From positions 1-64,000 of the IMG/VR virus record IMGVR_UViG_3300008114_000194: DNA of 64,000 nucleotides; one strand, 5' to 3'. The DNA comes from a virus (lineage: Duplodnaviria; Caudoviricetes). Positions 36,939-46,729 of this stretch are shown piece after piece (position 1 is the stretch's first letter; the number at the start of each line of letters is the position of its first letter). The translations under genes were made by a program, and so were the position numbers. Below the pieces are notes generated by a model. That model did not search any database. It saw only the letters and a program-made list of their open reading frames with translations, and was not told the origin of the DNA.

Positions 36939-39900
36939 ATGCCAGTATACCCTGTTTGGCTCAACCGCACTGGTTTGATCGGAGACTACGCCGAATCTGA
37001 ACCTGTGAATTTTGTGTTCGAAGCCCTGGGCAATGACAGTGTCACGGCCAGCAGTTATAGATTCCACAGTGGAGAACTGCCTGCGGGATTGACTTTCAGC
37101 AACAATTACAGTGTGTCTGGTTTCAGCAATGTATTTTGTAGAATATCGGGCAATCTTGACCTGGTGGACGAAACCACTGTGAGCAATTTTACCCTGCGTG
37201 CCAACATAGGCAATCAGTTTGCTGATGCTGCCTATGCCATACGTGTGGAGGGACGTGATGCTCCTTATTTCACTGCCAATGCCAATGTTGGCAATTATCT
37301 GGCCGGACAATTCATAGCCAACACCTACGATGGCTATCAGCTCACTTATGTGGATCAAGACGCTACCAGCAATGTTGTGGTAGGACTGAGCTATACCAGC
37401 AATGCCTTGCCCTACGGTGTAGACATCGTGCAGGATTCGGGCAATTGGTACATCCGTGGTCAACCAGTGTTGACACAATTCGACGACTATGCCAATCCCA
37501 TTGATGTCAAGCCACCTTACCAATGGCCAAGATTCGTTCAATATGATGCCAATATAGAAATATCTGATGGCACGTTTACAGCATATCAGATGTTTACCAT
37601 TGGCGTGTATGCCAGAGACTATTGGTCCGCAGACACTGACAATTATACCTTGGAAATACAGCCAGTCAACACTGGCAATCGTGCATTTATTTTTGGTAAT
37701 TCAGCCATATTCGTCACTGATGCAGACTACAGCAATGTGAATTTAATCACAGGCGACGGCATAGTCAGCACGGGTTATCTGCCCAGCAACACAGTGATCA
37801 GCAATATTACCTCGGGCATAGAAATAAATGGCACAGATTACACACAAATAAATCTCAGCGCGGCTGCTTTGCAAAGCACACTGTCGGGTGTGGCAGGCAA
37901 TGCTTTGTTTTTGGAAACCAGTTTTGGATCAACAGACAACGATTATCTCAGTGAAGTAGACATATCGGGTTACATATCCAGCAGTGTGCTCTATGCCAAT
38001 GCCAATCTCACTGCCGGCAGTTTGCTGACCACGGCCAATATCAACGCAGTCAACGCCATTGCCAGCTACAGCAATGTGCGCATCGGTGCTGACGCAGTCA
38101 CGGCCAACAGTTATCAACTGAACAACTACACTGGTCCCAATTTATCAGCACAACTGTTCAGAGCCACGCTGATAGATCAAGATCATCCACTGATATTCAC
38201 CAATCCATTTCCCGGTGGGCTGGGTTATGCACAGCGCGGATACTATTCCGCAGACATGGCCAACAAATATGAGCCTATTCTATTAGATCCTTCGGGCGCA
38301 TTAACTCGCACAGTGAATGGCAATTACTATGCATTTAAATTTGATGCCTACGACCCCAATGGCAGAGAAGTTTATTATCGAGTGTATTCGGGATCATTGC
38401 CTCCGGGCCTGACATTGAATTCTTACACAGGATTTATCTATGGATATATCTCCAGTGAATTTGATGCCACTTACACATTCAGCATACAGGCATACATTCC
38501 CAGTACCCTGGGCGAGTACATCAGTTATGTGAACACCTACAATGTTTTTGTTTACGGTAGGAATCCCAGCGTCAATGTTTGGATCACGCCCGAAAGAGTG
38601 GGCACTGTGCAAGCAGGACAGCCCAGCGAACTGCAGATGCAGGCCACCAGCAACATAGTACAGACCTTTGTGTACACCATAGAAGGTGGACAGTTACCAC
38701 CAGGACTGCGATTGAGTGAAACTGGCCTGATAATTGGGCGACCGTCATTCAATATGTTTGCTGTGGGAGAGACCAGCAAGACATTCAATTTCACAGTGAG
38801 TGCCACGGGCGGTGAAATTGTGAATCCACAGGGCGGAATTTATCAAATAGTGCTCACCAGAGATTTTGAAATTGTGGTAACACATCCTTACACCTTGCCT
38901 TACAATGATCTTTATATACAGGCCTATCCACCGGCAGAAACACAGGGCATAATCAGTGGCATACTCAGCGACGGCGACAGCATGCCCAGTGCATTGATCT
39001 ATAGATTTGAAGATCCTTATTTTGGCATCAGTGATGCCTTGAGATATTTGCACGCCACGGGCGTAAATTCAGCCAATGCGCAGATTTATTTTAATTCCAT
39101 GCAGGAAAATCATTATCACAGATATTTGACAGTGGGGCCATTCAAAACTGCTGTGGCACGCAACGCAGATGAAAGCATACGTTATGAAGTGGTCTACTGC
39201 GAATTCATTGACAACCTGGTGAACAATGAAGGAGAGAGCGTGGGCATGGAAGTGGGTTTTCCTCCCAATCGTGGCGGCATCTCTGTGGTGTATCCCAACA
39301 GTCTAGACAACATGAGAGACCGGATCTATACAGATCTAGGTCGTGTGAACAAGCGACTGCCCTTGTGGATGCGCAGTCGTCAAAGCAATGGAAAAATCCT
39401 GGGATTCGTACCGGCCTGGGTGGTGTGCTATACACAGCCCAATGCTTCGGGAGAAATTGCCTATAGATTGAATCAACGCTGGGGCGAATATCTAGATTTG
39501 ATCAATTTTGAACTAGATCGCTATGAATTGGACAATGCACTAACTTGGAATTACAACATCAGCACCACTGCCAACGTTGATGCTGGTCAGGCCATAGCCA
39601 ACACTGTGAGCCTGGGCAGTTGGTCTGTGCCTCAGGATTCGGGCCTAGAGATAGTAAACGTTGATATATCTGCCAATACCATAACAGTGCAGACCACGGC
39701 CTCGGGCTATATCACCAGTCTGCGTGTGGGCGATGTCATCAGCGCCAGCAACAATAGAACCACTATCAATGCCAGCAACGCTCAGACCACGGTGCTGTAT
39801 GTGGGCAGTGCCACTGGTGAAACTGCTTATTTTGTCAATCAGGGCAATGTGGTGCCAGCCAATATTATCTATGCCAACAGTTATTTCAGCAACGCCAACG

Positions 39901-40088
39901 TGTATGTCAGCGCCAACGGCACGCCTGTGATCGGCTATGGTATCACTGAAAATACCATTGTAGTGGCCAATCTAGCGCAGGCTGGCTTTGGCAACAGCAG
40001 CAGCAATATCTACATCGTGAACGAGTACGTGGATGATAACCGTTACAATAAATACTTGTTGTTCCCACGGGTGAATATAATCAATTAA
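36939..40088 (+). CDS. Large virion protein with Ig-like (putative Ig) domains, probable baseplate wedge component
   Basis: Repeated G.LP.GL.L...G.I.G motifs; C-terminal PNSLDNMR...LPLWMRS.Q...LGFVPAWVVCY; CTAAATA at 36844. Confidence 0.65.
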   Translation: MPVYPVWLNRTGLIGDYAESEPVNFVFEALGNDSVTASSYRFHSGELPAGLTFSNNYSVSGFSNVFCRISGNLDLVDETTVSNFTLRANIGNQFADAAYAIRVEGRDAPYFTANANVGNYLAGQFIANTYDGYQLTYVDQDATSNVVVGLSYTSNALPYGVDIVQDSGNWYIRGQPVLTQFDDYANPIDVKPPYQWPRFVQYDANIEISDGTFTAYQMFTIGVYARDYWSADTDNYTLEIQPVNTGNRAFIFGNSAIFVTDADYSNVNLITGDGIVSTGYLPSNTVISNITSGIEINGTDYTQINLSAAALQSTLSGVAGNALFLETSFGSTDNDYLSEVDISGYISSSVLYANANLTAGSLLTTANINAVNAIASYSNVRIGADAVTANSYQLNNYTGPNLSAQLFRATLIDQDHPLIFTNPFPGGLGYAQRGYYSADMANKYEPILLDPSGALTRTVNGNYYAFKFDAYDPNGREVYYRVYSGSLPPGLTLNSYTGFIYGYISSEFDATYTFSIQAYIPSTLGEYISYVNTYNVFVYGRNPSVNVWITPERVGTVQAGQPSELQMQATSNIVQTFVYTIEGGQLPPGLRLSETGLIIGRPSFNMFAVGETSKTFNFTVSATGGEIVNPQGGIYQIVLTRDFEIVVTHPYTLPYNDLYIQAYPPAETQGIISGILSDGDSMPSALIYRFEDPYFGISDALRYLHATGVNSANAQIYFNSMQENHYHRYLTVGPFKTAVARNADESIRYEVVYCEFIDNLVNNEGESVGMEVGFPPNRGGISVVYPNSLDNMRDRIYTDLGRVNKRLPLWMRSRQSNGKILGFVPAWVVCYTQPNASGEIAYRLNQRWGEYLDLINFELDRYELDNALTWNYNISTTANVDAGQAIANTVSLGSWSVPQDSGLEIVNVDISANTITVQTTASGYITSLRVGDVISASNNRTTINASNAQTTVLYVGSATGETAYFVNQGNVVPANIIYANSYFSNANVYVSANGTPVIGYGITENTIVVANLAQAGFGNSSSNIYIVNEYVDDNRYNKYLLFPRVNIIN

Positions 40089-40091
40089 AAT

Positions 40092-42974
40092 ATGGCCAGC
40101 AACATAGATCCAACCATTATCGACGGCGATTATCCTATAGCAGGCAAGGATCAACCGTCCCAGGGATTCCGTACTAACTTTACCGGTATAGAAGAGAACT
40201 TTTCTGCGGCCGCATCAGAAATCACAGAACTGCAGGGCAAGGCTGTATTAAAAGCAGCACTCAGTGGCACCACACTGGATAACAATATGCAAGGCGCTGA
40301 AATACTCAGCGCAAAAATGCGTGATTTATTGCTGCCAGTTTCGGCCATCAACTGGAGCGCCAGCCAGCTCAACAGCCTGGATGTGCTCAGCGGTGGATAC
40401 CAATCAGTAACCATCAGCCAAAGTGGTACCTATGCCATCAACTTCAACAACTTCAGTAGATACAATGGCTACAGCACAGTGCTACTGCAGGTCAACAATC
40501 AAGGCAACAACACAGTGGCCTTGCCCGGAGGCAAGAATTATCTTGGCCTAGAAAAGATAACCAACGCCAGCAACAACAGTTTGTATTTTTACAGTCCTGA
40601 CTCCATAACCACTACCAGGACTGTGCTGAGTTTTAGTTCAGCCGACGGCAACACATTTATAGTACAGGATTTGACCCGAGATGTGGCCGGTTTGAACTAC
40701 GGTGTTCCCGCAAACTATCCCCAAGGTCGTCCCGGCGACAAACAAGGTGATGTACAGGTTTACCAAAGCAATGTGTATGTGTGTACACAGAACTACAGCA
40801 CAGGCAGCATCGCTATCTGGACCGTGGCATCAGGTTCAGGCGGTGGTGGCGGACCTGCAGGCACCAATGGACAAATACAGTTTGCCTTGGATTCTGTAAC
40901 AGGACCGGTATTTGCTGCCAACGACAACCTGCTGTTCACCAGTGCAACGGGTCAACTGTTTGTTCCACAGATCCTGGCCAATCGCGGCATAGAAATCAGC
41001 AACCTTGCGCCGCTCACAGTGTCAGGCGAAATCACGGGCAGAAACATCACTGCCATCGCTGGCGGCATCTACGGCAATGTGGTCACTGGCAACCTGTCGG
41101 TGTTGAACATCAGCAACTTCAGCAATCTTTCGGTCAACAACCTAACCAGCAATATCCTGGTGCGTGGCAATGCTGCCACATTCACAGGCAATGTGACCAG
41201 TGCCAATCTCACTGTAAACAACCAAGCCAGTTTCAACAATGTGTCAGTGGCCGGCACGCTGGCATTGAATTCTTTAACTGTCGGCACAGTACAGTATGCC
41301 AATGCTGGCGCTACCGTGCCAGGACAGGTGTTGGGTGTCACTGGTACCAATCAACTGGGTTTCTTTTCAGTACCAGGATCGTCGCCGCAGACTGCCAACC
41401 TCACAGTGCAGTTTGCTGACTACAGCACAGGCATAGGCAGATTCAACGGCAACACCAACTTCACATACAATTTCGCAGCAGGTGCCAATCTACTGACCAC
41501 GCCCAACCTCAGCGTCACTGGACTGGCCACCATTGCTGCCGCTGGCATCACCACAGGCACGGTCACAAGTCTGGCAGCCACCAGTGCCAACATTGTGACA
41601 CTGCGAGCTTCATCTGCAAACATCAACAGTCAATACAGCCTGCCCACTGTGAGAACCACAGGCAATGGCTACGTGTTGGTTGGATTCACCGACGGTTCAA
41701 CTGACTGGCAAGCCACTTCATCGCTATATGGCAATGCCAATGTGGCAGCCTTCCTGGCTGCATTTGGCAGCAACACTGTCAATACCACAGGCAATATCAC
41801 AGCAGGATATTTTCTTGGTAATGGAGCATTCCTAACTGGATTGGATTCTGTTTACAGCAATGCCAATGTGGCTGCTTACCTGCCCACTTACACAGGATTG
41901 ATTGGACAAGTCAATTCCGCAGGCAATGCCAGCATTGACGGTTCACTCACTGTCAGCACCAGTGTCAGCATATTGGCCAATGGATTTATTTCCACAAACA
42001 ATCGTATACAGACTCCTGAAGTCAGCGCAGATGCAGTCAGAGTCAATGAAATAATTGGCCAGAGCAATTTAGTAAACATTACCAGTCCTGTGCTTGTCAC
42101 TCAGCCATTGGAAGTCACTGGCGGCAATATCATTACAGATCAGTTTTTTATAGGCAACGGCGCATTCTTAACCGGTATCTCTGCTGCCAACACTGTGCCT
42201 GGTGGTGCCAACACTGAAATACAGTTCAACGATGGCGGAAGTTTTGGTGCTGTTGGAACCTTTACATTTGACAAAGTTTCCAGTAATTTAACCTTGCTGG
42301 GCAACATCAATGTATCACGCGCAGATATTGGCACGCTAGGCTTTATACTGGGCAACGGCAATGCCATCAACATTGGACAGGCCGACAGTGCATTGCAAAG
42401 TTTGATTGGAAACTTGATTGTTGGTAATCAATCCACAGGCAATGTAGGAAAATTAGAAGTTGATGGCAATCTGATTGCTGTCACAGCCAGCCTTGGCGAT
42501 CTTGAAGTAGGAGATAGAACCACTTATCTAGCTGGATCTGATTTGTTTGTATCGGGCAATGCCCGAGTCTACGGCAGAACCAGTTTAGGCAATGTATCCA
42601 ATGTCAGCATACTGAATGGCACATATGGTCAGGCCCTGATAACCGACGGCGCAGGCAACTTGTCATGGTCTACCGTGGCAGGAGTGGCCAATGTTATTTC
42701 TATTGTCAGCAATACCAGTGTAACTGAAGCTGGAGTTTACATACTCAACAGCCCCGCAGCCAATATCACTGTTACCTTGCCTGCAGGCAATGCCAATCTC
42801 ATTGGCAAGACATTCAATTTCAAAGACATAGGAGGCAATGCATTCCTGCATCCTATAACTATTGCCACACAAGGTGGCGATGTCATTGATGGCAACGCCA
42901 ACGCCGCAGTAGCAGCACCTTACAACAACATCGTTATCATGTATTTGACAACCAACATCTGGGGCGTAATGTAA
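40092..42974 (+). CDS. Virion fibre/baseplate-associated protein
   Basis: MASNID...YPIAGKDQPSQGFRTNF..I..NF N-terminus; C-terminal ITVTLP...FNFKD...ITI....DVIDG fibre tip domain. Confidence 0.7.
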   Translation: MASNIDPTIIDGDYPIAGKDQPSQGFRTNFTGIEENFSAAASEITELQGKAVLKAALSGTTLDNNMQGAEILSAKMRDLLLPVSAINWSASQLNSLDVLSGGYQSVTISQSGTYAINFNNFSRYNGYSTVLLQVNNQGNNTVALPGGKNYLGLEKITNASNNSLYFYSPDSITTTRTVLSFSSADGNTFIVQDLTRDVAGLNYGVPANYPQGRPGDKQGDVQVYQSNVYVCTQNYSTGSIAIWTVASGSGGGGGPAGTNGQIQFALDSVTGPVFAANDNLLFTSATGQLFVPQILANRGIEISNLAPLTVSGEITGRNITAIAGGIYGNVVTGNLSVLNISNFSNLSVNNLTSNILVRGNAATFTGNVTSANLTVNNQASFNNVSVAGTLALNSLTVGTVQYANAGATVPGQVLGVTGTNQLGFFSVPGSSPQTANLTVQFADYSTGIGRFNGNTNFTYNFAAGANLLTTPNLSVTGLATIAAAGITTGTVTSLAATSANIVTLRASSANINSQYSLPTVRTTGNGYVLVGFTDGSTDWQATSSLYGNANVAAFLAAFGSNTVNTTGNITAGYFLGNGAFLTGLDSVYSNANVAAYLPTYTGLIGQVNSAGNASIDGSLTVSTSVSILANGFISTNNRIQTPEVSADAVRVNEIIGQSNLVNITSPVLVTQPLEVTGGNIITDQFFIGNGAFLTGISAANTVPGGANTEIQFNDGGSFGAVGTFTFDKVSSNLTLLGNINVSRADIGTLGFILGNGNAINIGQADSALQSLIGNLIVGNQSTGNVGKLEVDGNLIAVTASLGDLEVGDRTTYLAGSDLFVSGNARVYGRTSLGNVSNVSILNGTYGQALITDGAGNLSWSTVAGVANVISIVSNTSVTEAGVYILNSPAANITVTLPAGNANLIGKTFNFKDIGGNAFLHPITIATQGGDVIDGNANAAVAAPYNNIVIMYLTTNIWGVM

Positions 42975-45900
42975 TGAGTTTTAGCACTATATTCAGTAAT
43001 CTCTACGCCAACACTTATCTCTATGCCAACGGCGAAAGTATTTGGAAAAATGTTTCAGCCAATACTGTAACCACTTCGGGCAATGCTATTATTGGCGGTA
43101 ACGCTACCGTACAGGGCAATTTAATCGTAGTTGGCAATATCTATCGCCAGGAAGAAATTAACATTGCCAACACTGTTATAATCGTAGCTGGCAATGCCAA
43201 TACTGCATCTGAAGCATCAGGAGCAGGCATACAAGTTGGCAATGCCAACTATGCCAGTTTCCTTTGGAATTCCAATGCCAACACTTGGTACACAGGCTCA
43301 AGCAACATCAGTGCTGGTTATTTCTTGGGCAATGGTAGCCAACTCACTGGCTTGGATTTTACAAACTACAGCAACAGCAATGCCGCAGCATATCTGGCTT
43401 CTAATGCCGCTATCACTATACTGACCACGGCCAATATCACCACTGCTGCCAATGTACAAGGCGCATATGTATTGGGCAATATCAGTGGAGCCACAGGCGG
43501 ATACAGCAACAGCAATGTAGCCGCTTATCTTCCAACATACACAGGTAATCTAGCATCTTTGGCTGGCAATGTTGTGACATCTGCTAACGTGCAGGGTGCT
43601 TTCATCCTGGGCAATGGCGCATTCTTGACCGGCATTGCCGGTACATACGGCAATGCCGATGTGGCCAACTACTTGGCCAGCAATGCCAATCTACAGATAA
43701 CCACGCAAGGCAACGTCACTGGCAATTACTTTATAGGCAATGGCGCACTGCTGACAGGTGTGGCCACATCCAGTTACTCAAATGCCAATGTAGCCAACTA
43801 TCTTGTCAGCATCAATAATGTGACCATTGGCACCAATGCAGGCAACAGCAATCAAGGCAATCGATCAGTGGCCATAGGCTATCTAGCAGCCACGGGTATC
43901 GTTGGCAATGCCAATGCAGGACAAAGCATAGACGCAGTGGCCATTGGTTCAGAAGCTGGTCGTTATGGTCAGGGATCAGAGGCAGTGGCCATTGGTGACT
44001 CGGCTGGACAGACAGATCAGCAGTTCGGCGCCATAGCCATTGGCTCAGGAGCAGCATCTCTAAGGCAGAAAAATGGTGCGGTGGCCATTGGTGAACAAGC
44101 AGGCGCCGGAGATCAAAACACCTATGCTGTGGCCATTGGTTCACAGGCTGGACTCAGCAGCCAGGGATATGCAGCCATAGCCATTGGTCGCAGGGCCGGA
44201 CAAGTAAATCAACCCAACAACAGCATCATACTCAATGCCACAGGCACGACACTGTCGGGTTCTAATGCCAACGCACTGTACATAGATCCCATACGCAATG
44301 ACACAGGTATCGGCAATGTTTTATTTTATAATGTTGACACCAAAGAAATTACTTTTGCTCCAGAGTACAATGATACCAGCGTAGCTGAATATCTAGAAAT
44401 CTATAACGGTAATGCACTGTTCAGTAATGTTACGGTCACCAGAGATGCTGTGATCCAAGGTAATTTGCGAGTACAGGGCAATACAACTTATATCAATGTG
44501 GATGATTTGGTCATAGACGATTATCTCATTATAGTGGGCAATGCAGCTACACAACTGTCAGACCTCAATGGTGCTGGTCTACAGATAGGTAATCTAGCCA
44601 ACGGCAATATCCAGTTTGTTTATAACTCTACCAGCAATGTCATGACACTGAATGTTGGTGCGAATATTGCCAACGTATTGAACGTAGAAGGTAATGTCAC
44701 TGCCACAGGCAACGTGCAGGGTTCATATGTTTTAGGTAATGGTGCATTTTTAACTGGATTAGCTGCTACCTACAGCAATGCCAATGTTGCTGCTTATCTA
44801 GCCAGCAACGCCAATATAGCCATAACCACACAAGGTAACATCACAGCGACTTACTTTATAGGTGACGGCAGTCAGATCGCTAACTTGCCATTGGGTAACT
44901 ATAGCAACTCTAATGTTGCAGCATATCTACCAACTTACACTGGTAATTTGGCCAGTCTAACTGGCAACGTCACAACCACTGCCAATGTGCAGGGTGCTTA
45001 TATTTTAGGCAACGGTGCATTCCTGTCCGGCATCTCAGGCACTGGTAACTACAGCAATGCCAACGTGGCTGCTTATCTGCCCAACTATCAGGGATTGATA
45101 TCTAACATAGAATTCCGCAGTACCAGCCCTGCAGCAGCCGCTATCATCGTCAACGATAGATCTTTGACCATTGGTGGAAATCTCTACAGTTATATCATAC
45201 TACCCGATGACGGCAATGCCAACTCAGTGGCAGCAGAACTGACTAATCATGGTCTTGGTAATGTCATCATCAGTTCGGGCCCAGCAGATTACGAATGGGT
45301 ATTTGACAACGCAGGAAACTTATTTGCTCCAGGTAACATAGATGCAGGCAATGTTGTCAGCGCCAACTATTTTATAGGTAATGGCGCATTATTAACTGGT
45401 ATCGCCAGTGCCAATCTAGGCAACATCACTATCACAGCAGCCAATATCAGCACCAACATTGTGAACGGCAATGTGGGCCTGTCGGGCAACGGTTCGGGTT
45501 ATGTGTTCCTGAGCAATGTATTGCCCTGGAATGCCAGCACTGGACTGTCAAATAACACAGTAGACCTTGGTAACTCGTCATACCAGTTTAGAGATTTGTA
45601 TGTGGGCAATGTCATAACTCCGGCTGGCGCGCTGGGTAATGCCACACAGATACAGCCGGCGTCGGGTGTGGGACAAAGTGGTGTGGCCTTCCGTGACGCT
45701 GTAACTGGGTCACCCGCTGATGTGTCAGCAGGCGTTATGTTTGTGGATGCCATTGATGCCACGGGAAGTATTGTCACTGACTCTTATGTTGAAGCCAATA
45801 CACTAATAAGCCTTGGTAATTTAACTGTCGGAGGATATGCCAATTTCTTGGGCAACCTACGGGCAGAAAATATCGCTGCTGTGACCAATATCGAAGCACA

Positions 45901-46711
45901 GTTCTTCTATGGCAACGGATATTATCTCACAGGATTAAATGCTGCCAATCTCATTGGAGCATACAGCAACGCCAACGTGGCCAATTATCTGCCCACATAC
46001 AACGGCAACATCTTGGCAGGTAATCTCACAGTCAGCAACAATGTCATAATCCAAGGCAATCTACAGGTCCTGGGCAATACCACCACAATCGAAGCCAATA
46101 GTTTGATCATCAGCGACAAAGACATAACAGTGGCCAACGGAGCATTAAACGCCAGTCAGGCCAATGGTGCTGGTATCATAGTAGGCGCCAGCAACATCGC
46201 TAACATAATCTACCTCAGCACTCCCAACTACTGGAGCCTATATCCTGGCGTATATACCGCTGGTAATGTCACAGCAGAAGGCAACATCTCGGCCACAGGT
46301 AATATCAATGCTAACAATGCCACCATCGGCAACATATTGACTGCCAACACAGGTAACTTTACCTGCTGTCTGCAGATAGGAGGCGCTACTACCACTTACT
46401 TCAATGCTTATACCACCAGCAATGCCGCAGATCAAGTGTTGTATCAAGCCAACGCTGACATCAGCGCACAGTTAGATTTCAATATCATAGCAACAGATCC
46501 CACACTCATGGGTGGCAGCAGACAGAGTTCAAAGATCCTTAGCACAACCTACGGAAACAGCACCGACTTCGTGGAATATGGAGGCGTTTACATAAATACT
46601 CCAGTAGGGGATTTTTCAGTGGATCAATCCAGTGGCAACGTGAGATTGCTGGTCACCCCACAAACCAATGCCAACATAGCATACAGCGTGTTGGTAACAA
46701 GATTATTATAA
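42974..46711 (+). CDS. Modular Asn-rich tail fibre-like protein with YadA-like head repeats
   Basis: YSNANVAAYL and GNGA.LTG repeats; about 7 AVAIG/AIAIG repeats at about 14-aa spacing (about 43860-44200). Confidence 0.72.
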   Translation: MSFSTIFSNLYANTYLYANGESIWKNVSANTVTTSGNAIIGGNATVQGNLIVVGNIYRQEEINIANTVIIVAGNANTASEASGAGIQVGNANYASFLWNSNANTWYTGSSNISAGYFLGNGSQLTGLDFTNYSNSNAAAYLASNAAITILTTANITTAANVQGAYVLGNISGATGGYSNSNVAAYLPTYTGNLASLAGNVVTSANVQGAFILGNGAFLTGIAGTYGNADVANYLASNANLQITTQGNVTGNYFIGNGALLTGVATSSYSNANVANYLVSINNVTIGTNAGNSNQGNRSVAIGYLAATGIVGNANAGQSIDAVAIGSEAGRYGQGSEAVAIGDSAGQTDQQFGAIAIGSGAASLRQKNGAVAIGEQAGAGDQNTYAVAIGSQAGLSSQGYAAIAIGRRAGQVNQPNNSIILNATGTTLSGSNANALYIDPIRNDTGIGNVLFYNVDTKEITFAPEYNDTSVAEYLEIYNGNALFSNVTVTRDAVIQGNLRVQGNTTYINVDDLVIDDYLIIVGNAATQLSDLNGAGLQIGNLANGNIQFVYNSTSNVMTLNVGANIANVLNVEGNVTATGNVQGSYVLGNGAFLTGLAATYSNANVAAYLASNANIAITTQGNITATYFIGDGSQIANLPLGNYSNSNVAAYLPTYTGNLASLTGNVTTTANVQGAYILGNGAFLSGISGTGNYSNANVAAYLPNYQGLISNIEFRSTSPAAAAIIVNDRSLTIGGNLYSYIILPDDGNANSVAAELTNHGLGNVIISSGPADYEWVFDNAGNLFAPGNIDAGNVVSANYFIGNGALLTGIASANLGNITITAANISTNIVNGNVGLSGNGSGYVFLSNVLPWNASTGLSNNTVDLGNSSYQFRDLYVGNVITPAGALGNATQIQPASGVGQSGVAFRDAVTGSPADVSAGVMFVDAIDATGSIVTDSYVEANTLISLGNLTVGGYANFLGNLRAENIAAVTNIEAQFFYGNGYYLTGLNAANLIGAYSNANVANYLPTYNGNILAGNLTVSNNVIIQGNLQVLGNTTTIEANSLIISDKDITVANGALNASQANGAGIIVGASNIANIIYLSTPNYWSLYPGVYTAGNVTAEGNISATGNINANNATIGNILTANTGNFTCCLQIGGATTTYFNAYTTSNAADQVLYQANADISAQLDFNIIATDPTLMGGSRQSSKILSTTYGNSTDFVEYGGVYINTPVGDFSVDQSSGNVRLLVTPQTNANIAYSVLVTRLL

Positions 46712-46729
46712 TATCAGGGGCAACTTAAA

